DNA of 64,000 nt from Planctomycetota bacterium (GTDB lineage: Bacteria > Planctomycetota > MHYJ01 > WSZJ01): contig JBBTCT010000031.1 in assembly GCA_038060895.1 (NCBI GenBank), forward strand, positions 127,145 through 191,144, read 5' to 3'. This document shows, piece after piece, positions 9,445 through 18,737 of this stretch (positions within the stretch are counted from its first letter, which is position 1; every line of letters starts with the position of its first letter). A program made the position numbers and the translations under genes. Below the pieces are notes generated by a model. The model made no database searches. It had not been told where the DNA came from and saw only the letters and a list, made by a program, of their open reading frames with translations.

Positions 9445-10461
9445 ATGGTCCGAAGCGCGCTCGTCCACGTGACGTTGAGCCTCCTCTGCACCGCCCTGGG
9501 CCTCCTGGCGGGCTGGCGGATCTGGAAGCCCGGGCCGGCGCCCGCGGCCGCGAAGACGCCGCCGCCGGGAGCGACCGCCGTGTCGGCGCAGGCCCGAAAG
9601 AACCTCGGGATCGTCATCGGCGAAATCAAGAGCACTCCGTGGACTCGCGTCGCCAGGTTTCCCGCGGTCATCGAAAGCGTGCCGGGGTCGGAGGCCACTC
9701 TCAAGGCGCCTTCCTCGGGCACCGTCGTGGAGGTCCGGACGCGCGCCGGTTCGGTGATCGCCGCAGGCGCGTCCGTGGCGACGCTTCGAGGCGCCGCCGG
9801 CGAATCGATCACAATCCCGGCGCCCACAGGGGCGACGGACTGGGACCTGGTGGAGTCGAGGGTGGCGGCGGGCGAGCGGGTCGAAGCGGGCGCGGTGATC
9901 GCGGTGCTGCGCGACGCGCGGCGGATGCGCGTGCGGGCAGAAACGGGCGGGGATGACGCACCGGTCCTGGTCGCGGCCCTGAAGGACGCCACGGCCTGCG
10001 AAGCGACGCCGCTTCTGCCAGGAAACGGCCCTACGCTCGAGGAAGTGACGCTGGTGTCCGTCGAGAACGAACCTGGCCGCCGGCTGACGCGGGCTTCCGC
10101 GGACGTCGCCAACGTGCCGCTGGCTGCCGTCGCTGACGGCGCGGGCAACACAGTTCGCACGTGGGCGCTGCGTCCCGGGCAGCGATACGAGCTGCGCGTG
10201 CCGGTCGAGGTGGTGAAGCGCACCTACGTGGTGCCGGCGGACGCGCTGGCGGACGACGGGCCCGACAAGGTTGTCTTTCTTCCCAACGGCGAATCGTTCC
10301 TGCCCGAGAAAGTGACGGTTCTCTATCGCGACTCCGAGGTCGCGGTCCTGGACGCCCGGACCTCCCGGCTCGCGGTCGGCGACCCGTACGTCGAGCGCGG
10401 GGCGCCCGCGCTGTCGCTGGCGCTTCGGGCGCAGAGTCTCGTGATCGGCCACACGCACTGA
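9445..10461 (+). CDS. RND periplasmic adaptor (CzcB/CusB-like) lacking the alpha-hairpin
   Basis: N-terminal anchor, lipoyl half-motifs, LRPGQ and VVPADAL, position upstream of the RND gene. Confidence 0.7.
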   Translation: MVRSALVHVTLSLLCTALGLLAGWRIWKPGPAPAAAKTPPPGATAVSAQARKNLGIVIGEIKSTPWTRVARFPAVIESVPGSEATLKAPSSGTVVEVRTRAGSVIAAGASVATLRGAAGESITIPAPTGATDWDLVESRVAAGERVEAGAVIAVLRDARRMRVRAETGGDDAPVLVAALKDATACEATPLLPGNGPTLEEVTLVSVENEPGRRLTRASADVANVPLAAVADGAGNTVRTWALRPGQRYELRVPVEVVKRTYVVPADALADDGPDKVVFLPNGESFLPEKVTVLYRDSEVAVLDARTSRLAVGDPYVERGAPALSLALRAQSLVIGHTH

Positions 10462-13400
10462 TGCTCAACCGCCTGATCGCCCTGGTTCTTCGACGGCGGC
10501 TCGCCGTCGTGGTGGCGGCGTTGGCCGCGGCGGTCTGGGGCACCGTCGAGAGCCTGCGCATGCCGGTCGACGTCCTGCCCGACCTCGATCGGCCGGTCGT
10601 GACCGTCCTCGTCGAAGCGCACGGCCTCCCGTCCACGGATGTCGAGCGCCGCGTCGCCCGCCCGATCGAAGCCCGGCTGCGCGGCCTGCCCGGCCTGGCC
10701 AGGCTCCGCTCGATCTCGGGCCGCGGCTTCTTCGTCGTCTACGCGGAGTTCGACTGGAGCACGGACCAGGCCGCGAACCGCCGGCGAGTGGAAGAGAAGC
10801 TCGCGCAGGCGAAAGCCGAACTTCCCCCGGGCCTGAAAGTGGAGCTGACGCCGGAAGCGAGCATCATGGGCCAGGTGCAATTCGTCGGGCTCGAATCCGG
10901 GTCGCGCTCCCCGACCGAGCTGCGAGCGCTCGCCGACGCGAAGGTCCTCCCGCGCCTCCGTGCCCTGCCCGGCGTGGCCCAGGTGCTCGCCATCGGCGGA
11001 GCGTCGCGCGAAATGCAGGTCGAGGTGGAAGCGGCGCGCCTGAGGGAACACTCGGTGACGCTGACGGACGTGGAGGACGCCCTGCGTGCAACGCCGGGCC
11101 CGGAGGTCGCGTCGGCTCCCCTCCCCGGCGGAAAGCGCGTCGGCGACGTCGCCCGCGTCGCGACGGCGCCCTCGCCGGTCCGCCTCGGCGAGGCCGGCGT
11201 GAACGGGAAACCCGGCGTCGTGCTCATCCTCTTCAAGCAGCCGGGCGTGGACACCCTCGATCTCACGCGGAGAGTCGACCTGGAGGTCGCCGCGCTGCGG
11301 AACGGCCTCGACGCCCCCGACGTCCGCCTCGTCACCGACATCTTCCGGCAGTCCGACTTCATCGAGCGTTCGGTTCGGAACGTCGAGACCGCCCTCCGCG
11401 ACGGTGCCCTCCTCGTCGTGGTCGTGCTCTTCCTCTTTCTCGCCAACTTCCGCACCACCGTCATCACGCTCAGCGCAATCCCGCTCTCCATCGCCCTGAC
11501 CGCGATCGTCTTCAAGCTCTGCGGTCTGACCATCAACACCATGACCCTCGGCGGCCTCGCGGTCGCCATCGGCGCCCTCGTCGATGACGCCGTCGTCGAT
11601 GTCGAAAACGTCTTCCGCCGCCTCCGCCAGAATTCGGCTGCAGGAAACCCGTCACCGGCTCTGTGGATCGTCTTCCGTGCGTCCTGCGAGGTCCGTAACC
11701 CCATCTTCATCGGGACGCTCCTCGTGGTCGTCGTCTACATCCCCCTCTTCTTCCTCTCCGGCATGGAAGGCCGGCTGTTCACCCCCATCGGCATCGCCTA
11801 CATCGTGAGCACGCTGGCGTCGCTGGCGGTCTCGCTGACGGTGACGCCGGTCCTCTGCCACTACCTCCTGCGAGGTCCCTGGCTGGAGAAACGCATTGCG
11901 GATCCGTGGCTCGTGAAGTCCCTCAAGCCGGCAGCAGCCGTTCTGATCCGCTTCGGCATGTCCCACGGCCTGGCGGTCGCGTCGGTTCTCGTGTCGCTCA
12001 CCATGGTCTCGGCCGTGTTTCTCGGGACGCGGGGCACGCAATTCCTGCCGGCGTTCAACGAGGGTTCGGTCCAGGTCAACCTGATGCTGCCTCCGGGAGC
12101 AACGCTTGAAGCATCGGAGGTTTATGCGAAGCGCCTCGACGAGATTCTCGCGGGAGTCCGGGGCGTGAAGACGGTCGGCCGCCGCACGGGGCGTGCGGAC
12201 GGGGACACGCACGTCGATGGTCCGAGCGTGACGGAGGCGATCGCGACGCTCGACCCGGATTCGGGACGCACGCGGGAAGAGATCGTCGAGGAGATCCGCG
12301 CTCGCGTGACGGAAGAGCTGCCGGGGCCGGGCGTGTCCGTCGAGCAGCCGCTGGCGCACCTGCTGAGCCACCTTCTGTCGGGCGTGAACGCGCAGGTCGC
12401 GGTCAAGGTGTACGGGCCCGACCTTGAAGTGCTGCGGAAGACCGCGGGGGAGATTGAGGCGGCCCTTCGGCCGGTCGCGGGCGTCCGGGATCTTTTCGTC
12501 GAGCCGCAGGTGCTCGTGGAGGACATCGAGGCGACCCCGAATCCAGCGCGCTGCATCGACGCCGGAATCTCCGAAGACCGCGTCCGCGAGACCGTGGAGA
12601 TGGCGCTCGCCGGGGAGGAGTTGGGTCGCGCGCGTGACGGCGACACGACGATCCCGCTGGTCCTGCGCCTGCGCGCCGAGGACGGCCGCGACCTCGACAC
12701 CGTCCGCGACCTCCCGATCCGCGCCGCCGACGGAACGCTGCTCCGCGTCCGCGACGTCGCCACCGTCGGGCCCGTGAAATCCCCCAACATGATCTTCCAC
12801 GAGGACGGCGCGCGCCGCGCCGTCGTCCAGCACAACGTCGCCGGGCGCCCCCTCGGCGACGTCGTAGCCGACGTCGAGCGCGCCCTCGGCCCGGTCCGCG
12901 AGCGCCTCGCCAATCTCCCCGGCTACTCCCTCAGGGTGAGCGGCCAGTTCGAGGCCCAGCAGTCCGCCTCCCGCCGCATCGCGCTCTTCAGCGTCGTGGC
13001 GCTCGCCGCCCTCGCTTTCATCCTCCTCGCGCACTTCCGCTCCGCCAACCTCGCCCTCCAGGCCCTCCTCAGCCTTCCGGCCGCGTTCGTCGGCGCGGCC
13101 GCCGCCGTCGCCGTGACGGGCCAGTCCATCTCCGTCGCCACCCTCGTCGGCCTCATCTCCCTCGGCGGCATCGCCACCCGCAACGCCATCCTGCTCCTCG
13201 ACCACTACCTCCACCTCGCGCGCGAAGAAGCCGTCCCCTTCGGCCGCGACCTCATCATCCGCGCCGGGCAGGAGCGCATGGTCCCCGTCCTCATGACCGC
13301 CCTCTGCAGCGGCATCGCCCTCGTCCCCCTCGTCCTCGACCCCGACCGCCCTGGCCGCGAACTCCTTTACCCCGTCGCCACCGTCATCCTCGGCGGCCTC

Positions 13401-13586
13401 GCCACCGTCACCTTCATGGAGTTTCTCCTCACGCCCGGCATCTTCTGGCTCTTCGGCCAGCACCCCCTCGAACGCCACACCGCCGGATCCCGGGAATCGG
13501 AGGAAGCCCTCGCCCGTTTTCGTGAGAAGCTCACAGGAACCGCACGCGACGGCGCTAAGATCCCTTCACAAGGAGACGTCTCATGA
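10461..13586 (+). CDS. Heavy-metal efflux RND permease (CzcA/CusA family)
   Basis: PVDVLPDL, GALVDDAVVDVEN, LFTPIG and ERMVPVLMTA motifs; TGATG overlap. Confidence 0.92.
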   Translation: MLNRLIALVLRRRLAVVVAALAAAVWGTVESLRMPVDVLPDLDRPVVTVLVEAHGLPSTDVERRVARPIEARLRGLPGLARLRSISGRGFFVVYAEFDWSTDQAANRRRVEEKLAQAKAELPPGLKVELTPEASIMGQVQFVGLESGSRSPTELRALADAKVLPRLRALPGVAQVLAIGGASREMQVEVEAARLREHSVTLTDVEDALRATPGPEVASAPLPGGKRVGDVARVATAPSPVRLGEAGVNGKPGVVLILFKQPGVDTLDLTRRVDLEVAALRNGLDAPDVRLVTDIFRQSDFIERSVRNVETALRDGALLVVVVLFLFLANFRTTVITLSAIPLSIALTAIVFKLCGLTINTMTLGGLAVAIGALVDDAVVDVENVFRRLRQNSAAGNPSPALWIVFRASCEVRNPIFIGTLLVVVVYIPLFFLSGMEGRLFTPIGIAYIVSTLASLAVSLTVTPVLCHYLLRGPWLEKRIADPWLVKSLKPAAAVLIRFGMSHGLAVASVLVSLTMVSAVFLGTRGTQFLPAFNEGSVQVNLMLPPGATLEASEVYAKRLDEILAGVRGVKTVGRRTGRADGDTHVDGPSVTEAIATLDPDSGRTREEIVEEIRARVTEELPGPGVSVEQPLAHLLSHLLSGVNAQVAVKVYGPDLEVLRKTAGEIEAALRPVAGVRDLFVEPQVLVEDIEATPNPARCIDAGISEDRVRETVEMALAGEELGRARDGDTTIPLVLRLRAEDGRDLDTVRDLPIRAADGTLLRVRDVATVGPVKSPNMIFHEDGARRAVVQHNVAGRPLGDVVADVERALGPVRERLANLPGYSLRVSGQFEAQQSASRRIALFSVVALAALAFILLAHFRSANLALQALLSLPAAFVGAAAAVAVTGQSISVATLVGLISLGGIATRNAILLLDHYLHLAREEAVPFGRDLIIRAGQERMVPVLMTALCSGIALVPLVLDPDRPGRELLYPVATVILGGLATVTFMEFLLTPGIFWLFGQHPLERHTAGSRESEEALARFREKLTGTARDGAKIPSQGDVS

Positions 13587-14332
13587 TCCGCCCGACCGCC
13601 TGCGCCGCTTTCCTCGTCGTCGCCCTGGCCGCGCTGTCCGAAGAGCCCGCGCCCGTGCCGAGCCCGCCACACAAGGACGGCGCGTGGCTCGAGGTGCCCG
13701 ACTTCAAGGGGCGCCTCGAGATCGTGATGTCGAAGGACAAGAAGAGCGCGACCGTGTACTCCCTCGACCAGGACGGCAAGACGCCGGTCGGTCTCAAGAC
13801 GGCTCCCGAGCTGAAAATTCCCGCGCTCGACGAAGCGGCCACCCTTCGCGGCCGCGCCCTGAACCTCAAGGAGGGCACCGCCAGCGACTTCGAGTTCCGC
13901 GTGCCTCCGGCCGGCGACGGCGACCTCGCCAAGGACCCTCCCGCGCGCCTGGGTCCCCACGGCGGCGAGTGGGTCGACGTGTCCGGACCGAAGGGCATCT
14001 ACTTCGAGTATGTCTACAACGCCAAGCTCGGAAGAGTCTCGATCTGGTTCTACGGCGAAGACGGCAAGACCCCGTTGCTCCTCGCCGATTCCCCCGTGTT
14101 CAACGTCGACACCCCCCTCGACGGAATGGTGTCGCTTCCGGGCAAGGCCGTCGCGCTTCAGGACGGCACGGCGTCGCGCTTCGACTACGAAGGGGCCGAC
14201 CTCGCCGCTCGCCCCCCTGGCGGAGGCAGCCGCTTCTCCATCCAGTACGGCGGCAAGCCGTACCAGGCGCCGATCATCAACCGTGAGCACGGCCACATGC
14301 ACGGCCCAGGTGGCGTGGCGGCGCCGAAGTGA
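13583..14332 (+). CDS. Exported protein with a duplicated PHGG-type domain (putative metal-binding)
   Basis: Signal peptide; repeats PHKDG..DQDGKTP and PHGG..EDGKTP; C-terminal HGHMH. Confidence 0.6.
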   Translation: MIRPTACAAFLVVALAALSEEPAPVPSPPHKDGAWLEVPDFKGRLEIVMSKDKKSATVYSLDQDGKTPVGLKTAPELKIPALDEAATLRGRALNLKEGTASDFEFRVPPAGDGDLAKDPPARLGPHGGEWVDVSGPKGIYFEYVYNAKLGRVSIWFYGEDGKTPLLLADSPVFNVDTPLDGMVSLPGKAVALQDGTASRFDYEGADLAARPPGGGSRFSIQYGGKPYQAPIINREHGHMHGPGGVAAPK

Positions 14333-14767
14333 GAACGCGTTCTCAGTGCCGAGCAGAAGGAGCGGTTCCGGGGGGAAAAACTCGAGGGTGACGGCCGGTC
14401 AACTCCGGACGGCCTCGCGCTGCGCGCTTGAACCCCGGAAGTATTCACGCTGCCAGCGACGCCGTGCCCTGGAAAATGTCGTCAAGCCCAGCGCGCCCCC
14501 CACGGCGCGCACAGCTCTGGAGCCCAGGGCGAAGTTCTTCGGGTACCACCAACTCCAGGAGATCAGTTGCAAGTCATTAACAGGAAATAGTTTACGATGA
14601 GATGGAACTAAAGTTCAATCCCGCGTAAACACGTGCTTGCGGCGCGCTCGTGCCAAGTGGTTCAATCACACCGGGACGGGAAAGATTTGCTTCAGCAGGG
14701 TCCCCACCGCTTCGCCTCGTTTCTGCGTAACTCGAAGGTGACTCGGTTCGGAGGGCCGTCATCAGGC

Positions 14768-15268
14768 ATGGAGGTGGCTCCTTTGTCGACGGGTGCGGTG
14801 GGTAAAATTCCGCTCGGTCCACCCGCGAATCTGCGGCTCGGCCCTCCGTGCCTCCTGATTCCACTCGGCCTCACGGTCTGGGCACTTCCAGTCTCTCACG
14901 TCCTCGAAGTCTTCCGGCCGTTGCGGATCGAACCCCTGCCCGACGCCCCTGACTTCGTGTCCGGCGTCGCCATCATTCGCGGCGAACCAACTCCCGTCGT
15001 CGCGCTCTGCCGCCTGCTCGGCAATTCCCACTCTCCTCCTGGTCGCTTCGTCCTCCTCCGATCGGGCCGCATCCGCGTCGCCATCGCCGTCGATGCCGTC
15101 ACAGGAGTTGAGCGCATGCCGGCCGAAGAGTTTCAGGCAGCCCCACAGCTCTCGAGCCGCCTGTCGCAGGAAACCCTGGACGCTATGGCCCGGATCGATC
15201 CAGCCCTTCTGAACGTCCTTAGCGTCTCCCGGCTCATGACTCCGGTTGTCTGCGGGGGGCAAGAATGA
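14768..15268 (+). CDS. cheW: CheW-like coupling protein
   Basis: EVFRPL..LPDAPDFVSGVAIIRGEPTPVVAL..VAIAVDAV; start uncertain. Confidence 0.8.
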   Translation: MEVAPLSTGAVGKIPLGPPANLRLGPPCLLIPLGLTVWALPVSHVLEVFRPLRIEPLPDAPDFVSGVAIIRGEPTPVVALCRLLGNSHSPPGRFVLLRSGRIRVAIAVDAVTGVERMPAEEFQAAPQLSSRLSQETLDAMARIDPALLNVLSVSRLMTPVVCGGQE

Positions 15269-16782
15269 GCGCCTGGCGCCGCGAGTTCGAGGTCTTCGGC
15301 GCGTTCGTCGAGCGTGCGCTGGGACTGCACTTCGACGAAACGCGCGCTTCCCAACTCGAGGAAGCGCTGCTTCGCCGCGCCTCCGAAGCGGGGTACGCCG
15401 GCGTCGGCGCGTATCTCGCGGCGCTGCCTTCGCGAGACGTCCGCGAAGAGGCGCGGGCGATCGCGGAAACGGTGACGGTGGGTGAAACGTATTTCTTCCG
15501 CAACTCCGAACAGTTCCGCGCGCTGGCCGAGGTCGCGCTTCCCGCCCGGGCGGCGGCAGGCGCAACGTGCATCCGCATCCTCTCCGCGGGGTGCGCTTCC
15601 GGCGAGGAGCCGTACACGATTGCGATGGTCGCGAGGGAAACGGCTGCGGTGCCGGTCTCCATCCACGCCCTGGACGTGAATCCGGCCGCGATGGCCCGGG
15701 CGCGGCGGGCGGTCTATTCCCCATGGTCGCTGCGCGAGACGCCGCCTGCGATGAAGCAGAAGTACTTCCGCGAGAAGGGAAAGGATTTCGTCCTGGCGGA
15801 CGAGATTCGCGGCGACGTGCAATTCGAAGAATCGAATCTCACGGTGGACGACGCGCGGTTCTGGCGCCCCGGGAGCTGGGACATCATCTTCTGCCGCAAT
15901 GTGATCATGTACTTCGGGCTCGAAACGCAGAAGGCTGTGGCCGCAAGGATCGCGAACTCCCTTGCCCCGGGCGGGTTCCTCTTTCTCGGCCACGCCGAAA
16001 CGCTGCGCGGTCTCTCGCAGGACTTCCACCTTCGCCAGTCCCACGAAACGTTCTACTACCAGCGCAGGGAAAAGGGACCCGCGAGGGAGTTGGACGAAGT
16101 GCGCATGGCCGACGAGTCCCCGGCGCGGGCCATGGCCCTGGCGTCGGCGCTTGAGGAAGGGGCGACGAGCTGGATGGAAGCGATCCGGAGCGCCTCGGAC
16201 CGGATTGCGGCGCTTTCCGGCGCGTCGAGCACGGCCGCATCGGAGGCGGCGCGGATCCGGAAGGGAAACGCGGCCGGCCACGAACGCGAGCGCATCCTCG
16301 AACTCGTCGGCCGCGAGAAGTTCGGAGAGGCGCTGGAAGCGCTTTCCGGGCTCCCGGGCGCCGCGGAATCGGATGCGGACACGGGATTGATGAAAGCTGC
16401 GCTTCTCGTGAACGCCGGCAACGCGCGGGAAGCCGAACGAGTCTGCGCCTCGGTGCTCAAGGTGGACGACCTCAGCGCGGGGGCGCACTACGTGATGGCC
16501 CAGTGTCGCGAGGCTGCGGGAGACGGGGCGGGAGCGGCAGAGCACGACAGGGCCGCCGCCTATCTCGACCCGACGTTCGCGATGCCGAGGCTGCACCTCG
16601 GGCTTCTCCTTCGCAAGGCGGGCGACGTGCTTAGTGCGGTGGCGCAGTTCCAGGGCGCCCTCTCGCTTCTCCCGGCAGAGGACGCTTCCAGGCTCGTCCT
16701 CTTCGGCGGCGGGTTCGGCCGGGAGGCGCTGGTGCAGCTGTGTCGCGCGGAGTTGAAGGCGTGCGAAGGGAGGAAACGGTGA
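15265..16782 (+). CDS. cheR: CheR methyltransferase with C-terminal TPRs (WspC-like)
   Basis: TVGETYFFR, SAGCASGEEPY, IFCRNVIMYF, GHAE; TPR tail. Confidence 0.92.
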   Translation: MSAWRREFEVFGAFVERALGLHFDETRASQLEEALLRRASEAGYAGVGAYLAALPSRDVREEARAIAETVTVGETYFFRNSEQFRALAEVALPARAAAGATCIRILSAGCASGEEPYTIAMVARETAAVPVSIHALDVNPAAMARARRAVYSPWSLRETPPAMKQKYFREKGKDFVLADEIRGDVQFEESNLTVDDARFWRPGSWDIIFCRNVIMYFGLETQKAVAARIANSLAPGGFLFLGHAETLRGLSQDFHLRQSHETFYYQRREKGPARELDEVRMADESPARAMALASALEEGATSWMEAIRSASDRIAALSGASSTAASEAARIRKGNAAGHERERILELVGREKFGEALEALSGLPGAAESDADTGLMKAALLVNAGNAREAERVCASVLKVDDLSAGAHYVMAQCREAAGDGAGAAEHDRAAAYLDPTFAMPRLHLGLLLRKAGDVLSAVAQFQGALSLLPAEDASRLVLFGGGFGREALVQLCRAELKACEGRKR

Positions 16783-17258
16783 ACGCGGGAGGGACGGAAC
16801 GGGTTGCGCAGATGCGTCGCGATTTCGACGCGGTCTTCGCGTTGCCTCGTGCGCCCGAACCGCCGCCGGCGGAGTCGCTGCTGCGGATCTCGACTGCGGG
16901 AACAGGTTTCAACGTGCGGCTGAACGAGCTGTCGTGCGTGCTGCCGTGCGCGGTGGTGGTGCCGGTTCCCGGCGCGCGGCGCGGGCTGCTCGGGCTCACT
17001 GCGGTGCGCGGTCAGATCATGCCTCTCTACGCGCTCGCGACGCTGCTCGAACTGCCCGGCCCGGTTCCGACTCCGCGCTGGATTCTCGTGGCGGAGGCGG
17101 GTGCGGCGCTCGGCGTCGACGCCGTGGAAGGCGTGACGCAGGTTCCGGTCGCCGCGGTTCGCGAAGTCGCGTCGGCCGGATCGCGAGCGCTGCTGAACGT
17201 GACGTCGGTCGTCGAGGGACTTCGAAAATCCAGGATTCCGCCGGAACAGGAAAGGTAA
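16779..17258 (+). CDS. cheW: Second CheW-like protein
   Basis: VVPVPG..LLGLTAVRGQIMPLY..GVDAVEG. Confidence 0.75.
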   Translation: MNAGGTERVAQMRRDFDAVFALPRAPEPPPAESLLRISTAGTGFNVRLNELSCVLPCAVVVPVPGARRGLLGLTAVRGQIMPLYALATLLELPGPVPTPRWILVAEAGAALGVDAVEGVTQVPVAAVREVASAGSRALLNVTSVVEGLRKSRIPPEQER

Positions 17259-17261
17259 CGC

Positions 17262-18734
17262 ATGGGAACTTCATGGACGTTCGGACAGAAGCTGGGAGCG
17301 GGGTTCGCGGTGACGGTGGCCTTCGCCGCGCTGATCCTCGTCGTCGCGATCTATGCGATTCGCTCCGCCGTCGACAGCAAGGACAGGGTCATCGAAGTCA
17401 ACGCGCGAAACCTGGCGGACGCAGGGCAGCTGCACGCCGACGTCGAGGGAGCTTCGTCCTCCGCGCGGGGATACCTGCTGACCAAAGACGAGCCTTACCT
17501 CGACCGATTGCGCGTGCGCCGCGACGCCGCCCAGGCCGCCATCAAGCAACTGCTCGGCAACGCGAAATCGGACGCCGAACGGCGCGCGATCGACAAGCTT
17601 TCCGAGGACTACTCCTCGTGGAGCTCAGCCGTGGACAAGGTCATCGCGGAGCGCCGAACGGCCGTCGACCTGGCCACGGTCGTCCAGATGTTCGAGGTCG
17701 ACGCCCAGCCAAGGAAGGACACTATTTCCCGCGAGCTGTCGGCCTTTGTGGCGGACGAAGAAAGGCTCGTCGCGGACGGGAAGAAGGCATCTTCGGATGC
17801 CGCTTCTCTCGCGATAAACCTGATGATCGTCACCGGCGTCCTGGCCGTCCTGTTTGCAGCCTTCGTCGGCTTCGCGCTGACACGAGGCCTCGGCACCCGG
17901 ATCGGCACCGCCGTACAGCACATCCAGAGCTCGTCGGCCGAACTCCAGGCCGCTTCCACCCAGCAGGCGACCGGCGCCCGCGAGCAGGCGAGCGCCATGA
18001 CTGAAATCACGACCACCATCAGCGAGCTCCTCGCCACGTCCCGGCAGATCGCCGAGAGCGCGCAGCGCGTCTCCCACCTCGCGGAACAGGCGGCCGGCTC
18101 GGCGCGCGGCGGAGACGGGGCCGTGCAGAAAGGACAGGAAGCGGTCGCACAGATGAAGCGGCAGATGGACACGATTGTGAACCACATGCTGGAGCTCGGG
18201 CGGCGCTCCCAGCAGATCGGGGGCATCGCGGAGATCATCACGGAGCTCGCCGAGCAGACGAACATCCTCGCGATCAACGCAACGATCGAGGCCGCGGGCG
18301 CCGGAGACGCGGGCAAGCGCTTCGGCGTCGTCGCCGACGAAATCCGGAAGCTGGCGGACCGTGTGGGCGGATCGGCAAAGGAAGCCAAGGCGCTCATCGA
18401 CGAGACGCGGCAGGCCGTCAACACGACGGTCATGGCGACCGAGGGAGGGGCTAAGGCGGTCGAGTCGAGCGCACGGCAGTTCGGAGACGTCGCCGAGTCG
18501 TTCCGGCACATTGCGGACCTCGTGCGCACTTCGAACGAGGCCGCACGCGAAATCGAACTGAGCACCAAGCAGCAGTCGAGCGCCGTCCAGCAGGTGAACG
18601 GCGCCGTCGCGGAAGTCGCGCAGGCTTCCCGGGAGACAGAAGCCAGCACCACGCAGACGCTCCAGACCGCGTCGCAGCTGGCGTCACTCGCCCGGGAACT
18701 TGCGCAATTCGTACGGGCGGAGAAGCCGGCCTAG
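17262..18734 (+). CDS. Methyl-accepting chemotaxis protein (CHASE3-like sensor)
   Basis: Two TMs; hairpin tip EQTNILAINATIEAAGAGDAGKRFGVVADEIRKLA. Confidence 0.93.
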   Translation: MGTSWTFGQKLGAGFAVTVAFAALILVVAIYAIRSAVDSKDRVIEVNARNLADAGQLHADVEGASSSARGYLLTKDEPYLDRLRVRRDAAQAAIKQLLGNAKSDAERRAIDKLSEDYSSWSSAVDKVIAERRTAVDLATVVQMFEVDAQPRKDTISRELSAFVADEERLVADGKKASSDAASLAINLMIVTGVLAVLFAAFVGFALTRGLGTRIGTAVQHIQSSSAELQAASTQQATGAREQASAMTEITTTISELLATSRQIAESAQRVSHLAEQAAGSARGGDGAVQKGQEAVAQMKRQMDTIVNHMLELGRRSQQIGGIAEIITELAEQTNILAINATIEAAGAGDAGKRFGVVADEIRKLADRVGGSAKEAKALIDETRQAVNTTVMATEGGAKAVESSARQFGDVAESFRHIADLVRTSNEAAREIELSTKQQSSAVQQVNGAVAEVAQASRETEASTTQTLQTASQLASLARELAQFVRAEKPA

Positions 18735-18737
18735 AAA

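Noticed and set aside
7900-10458. 852-aa minus-strand ORF
   Set aside because: Antisense shadow of rcnA and the adaptor gene in high-GC DNA; Arg-rich with no motifs
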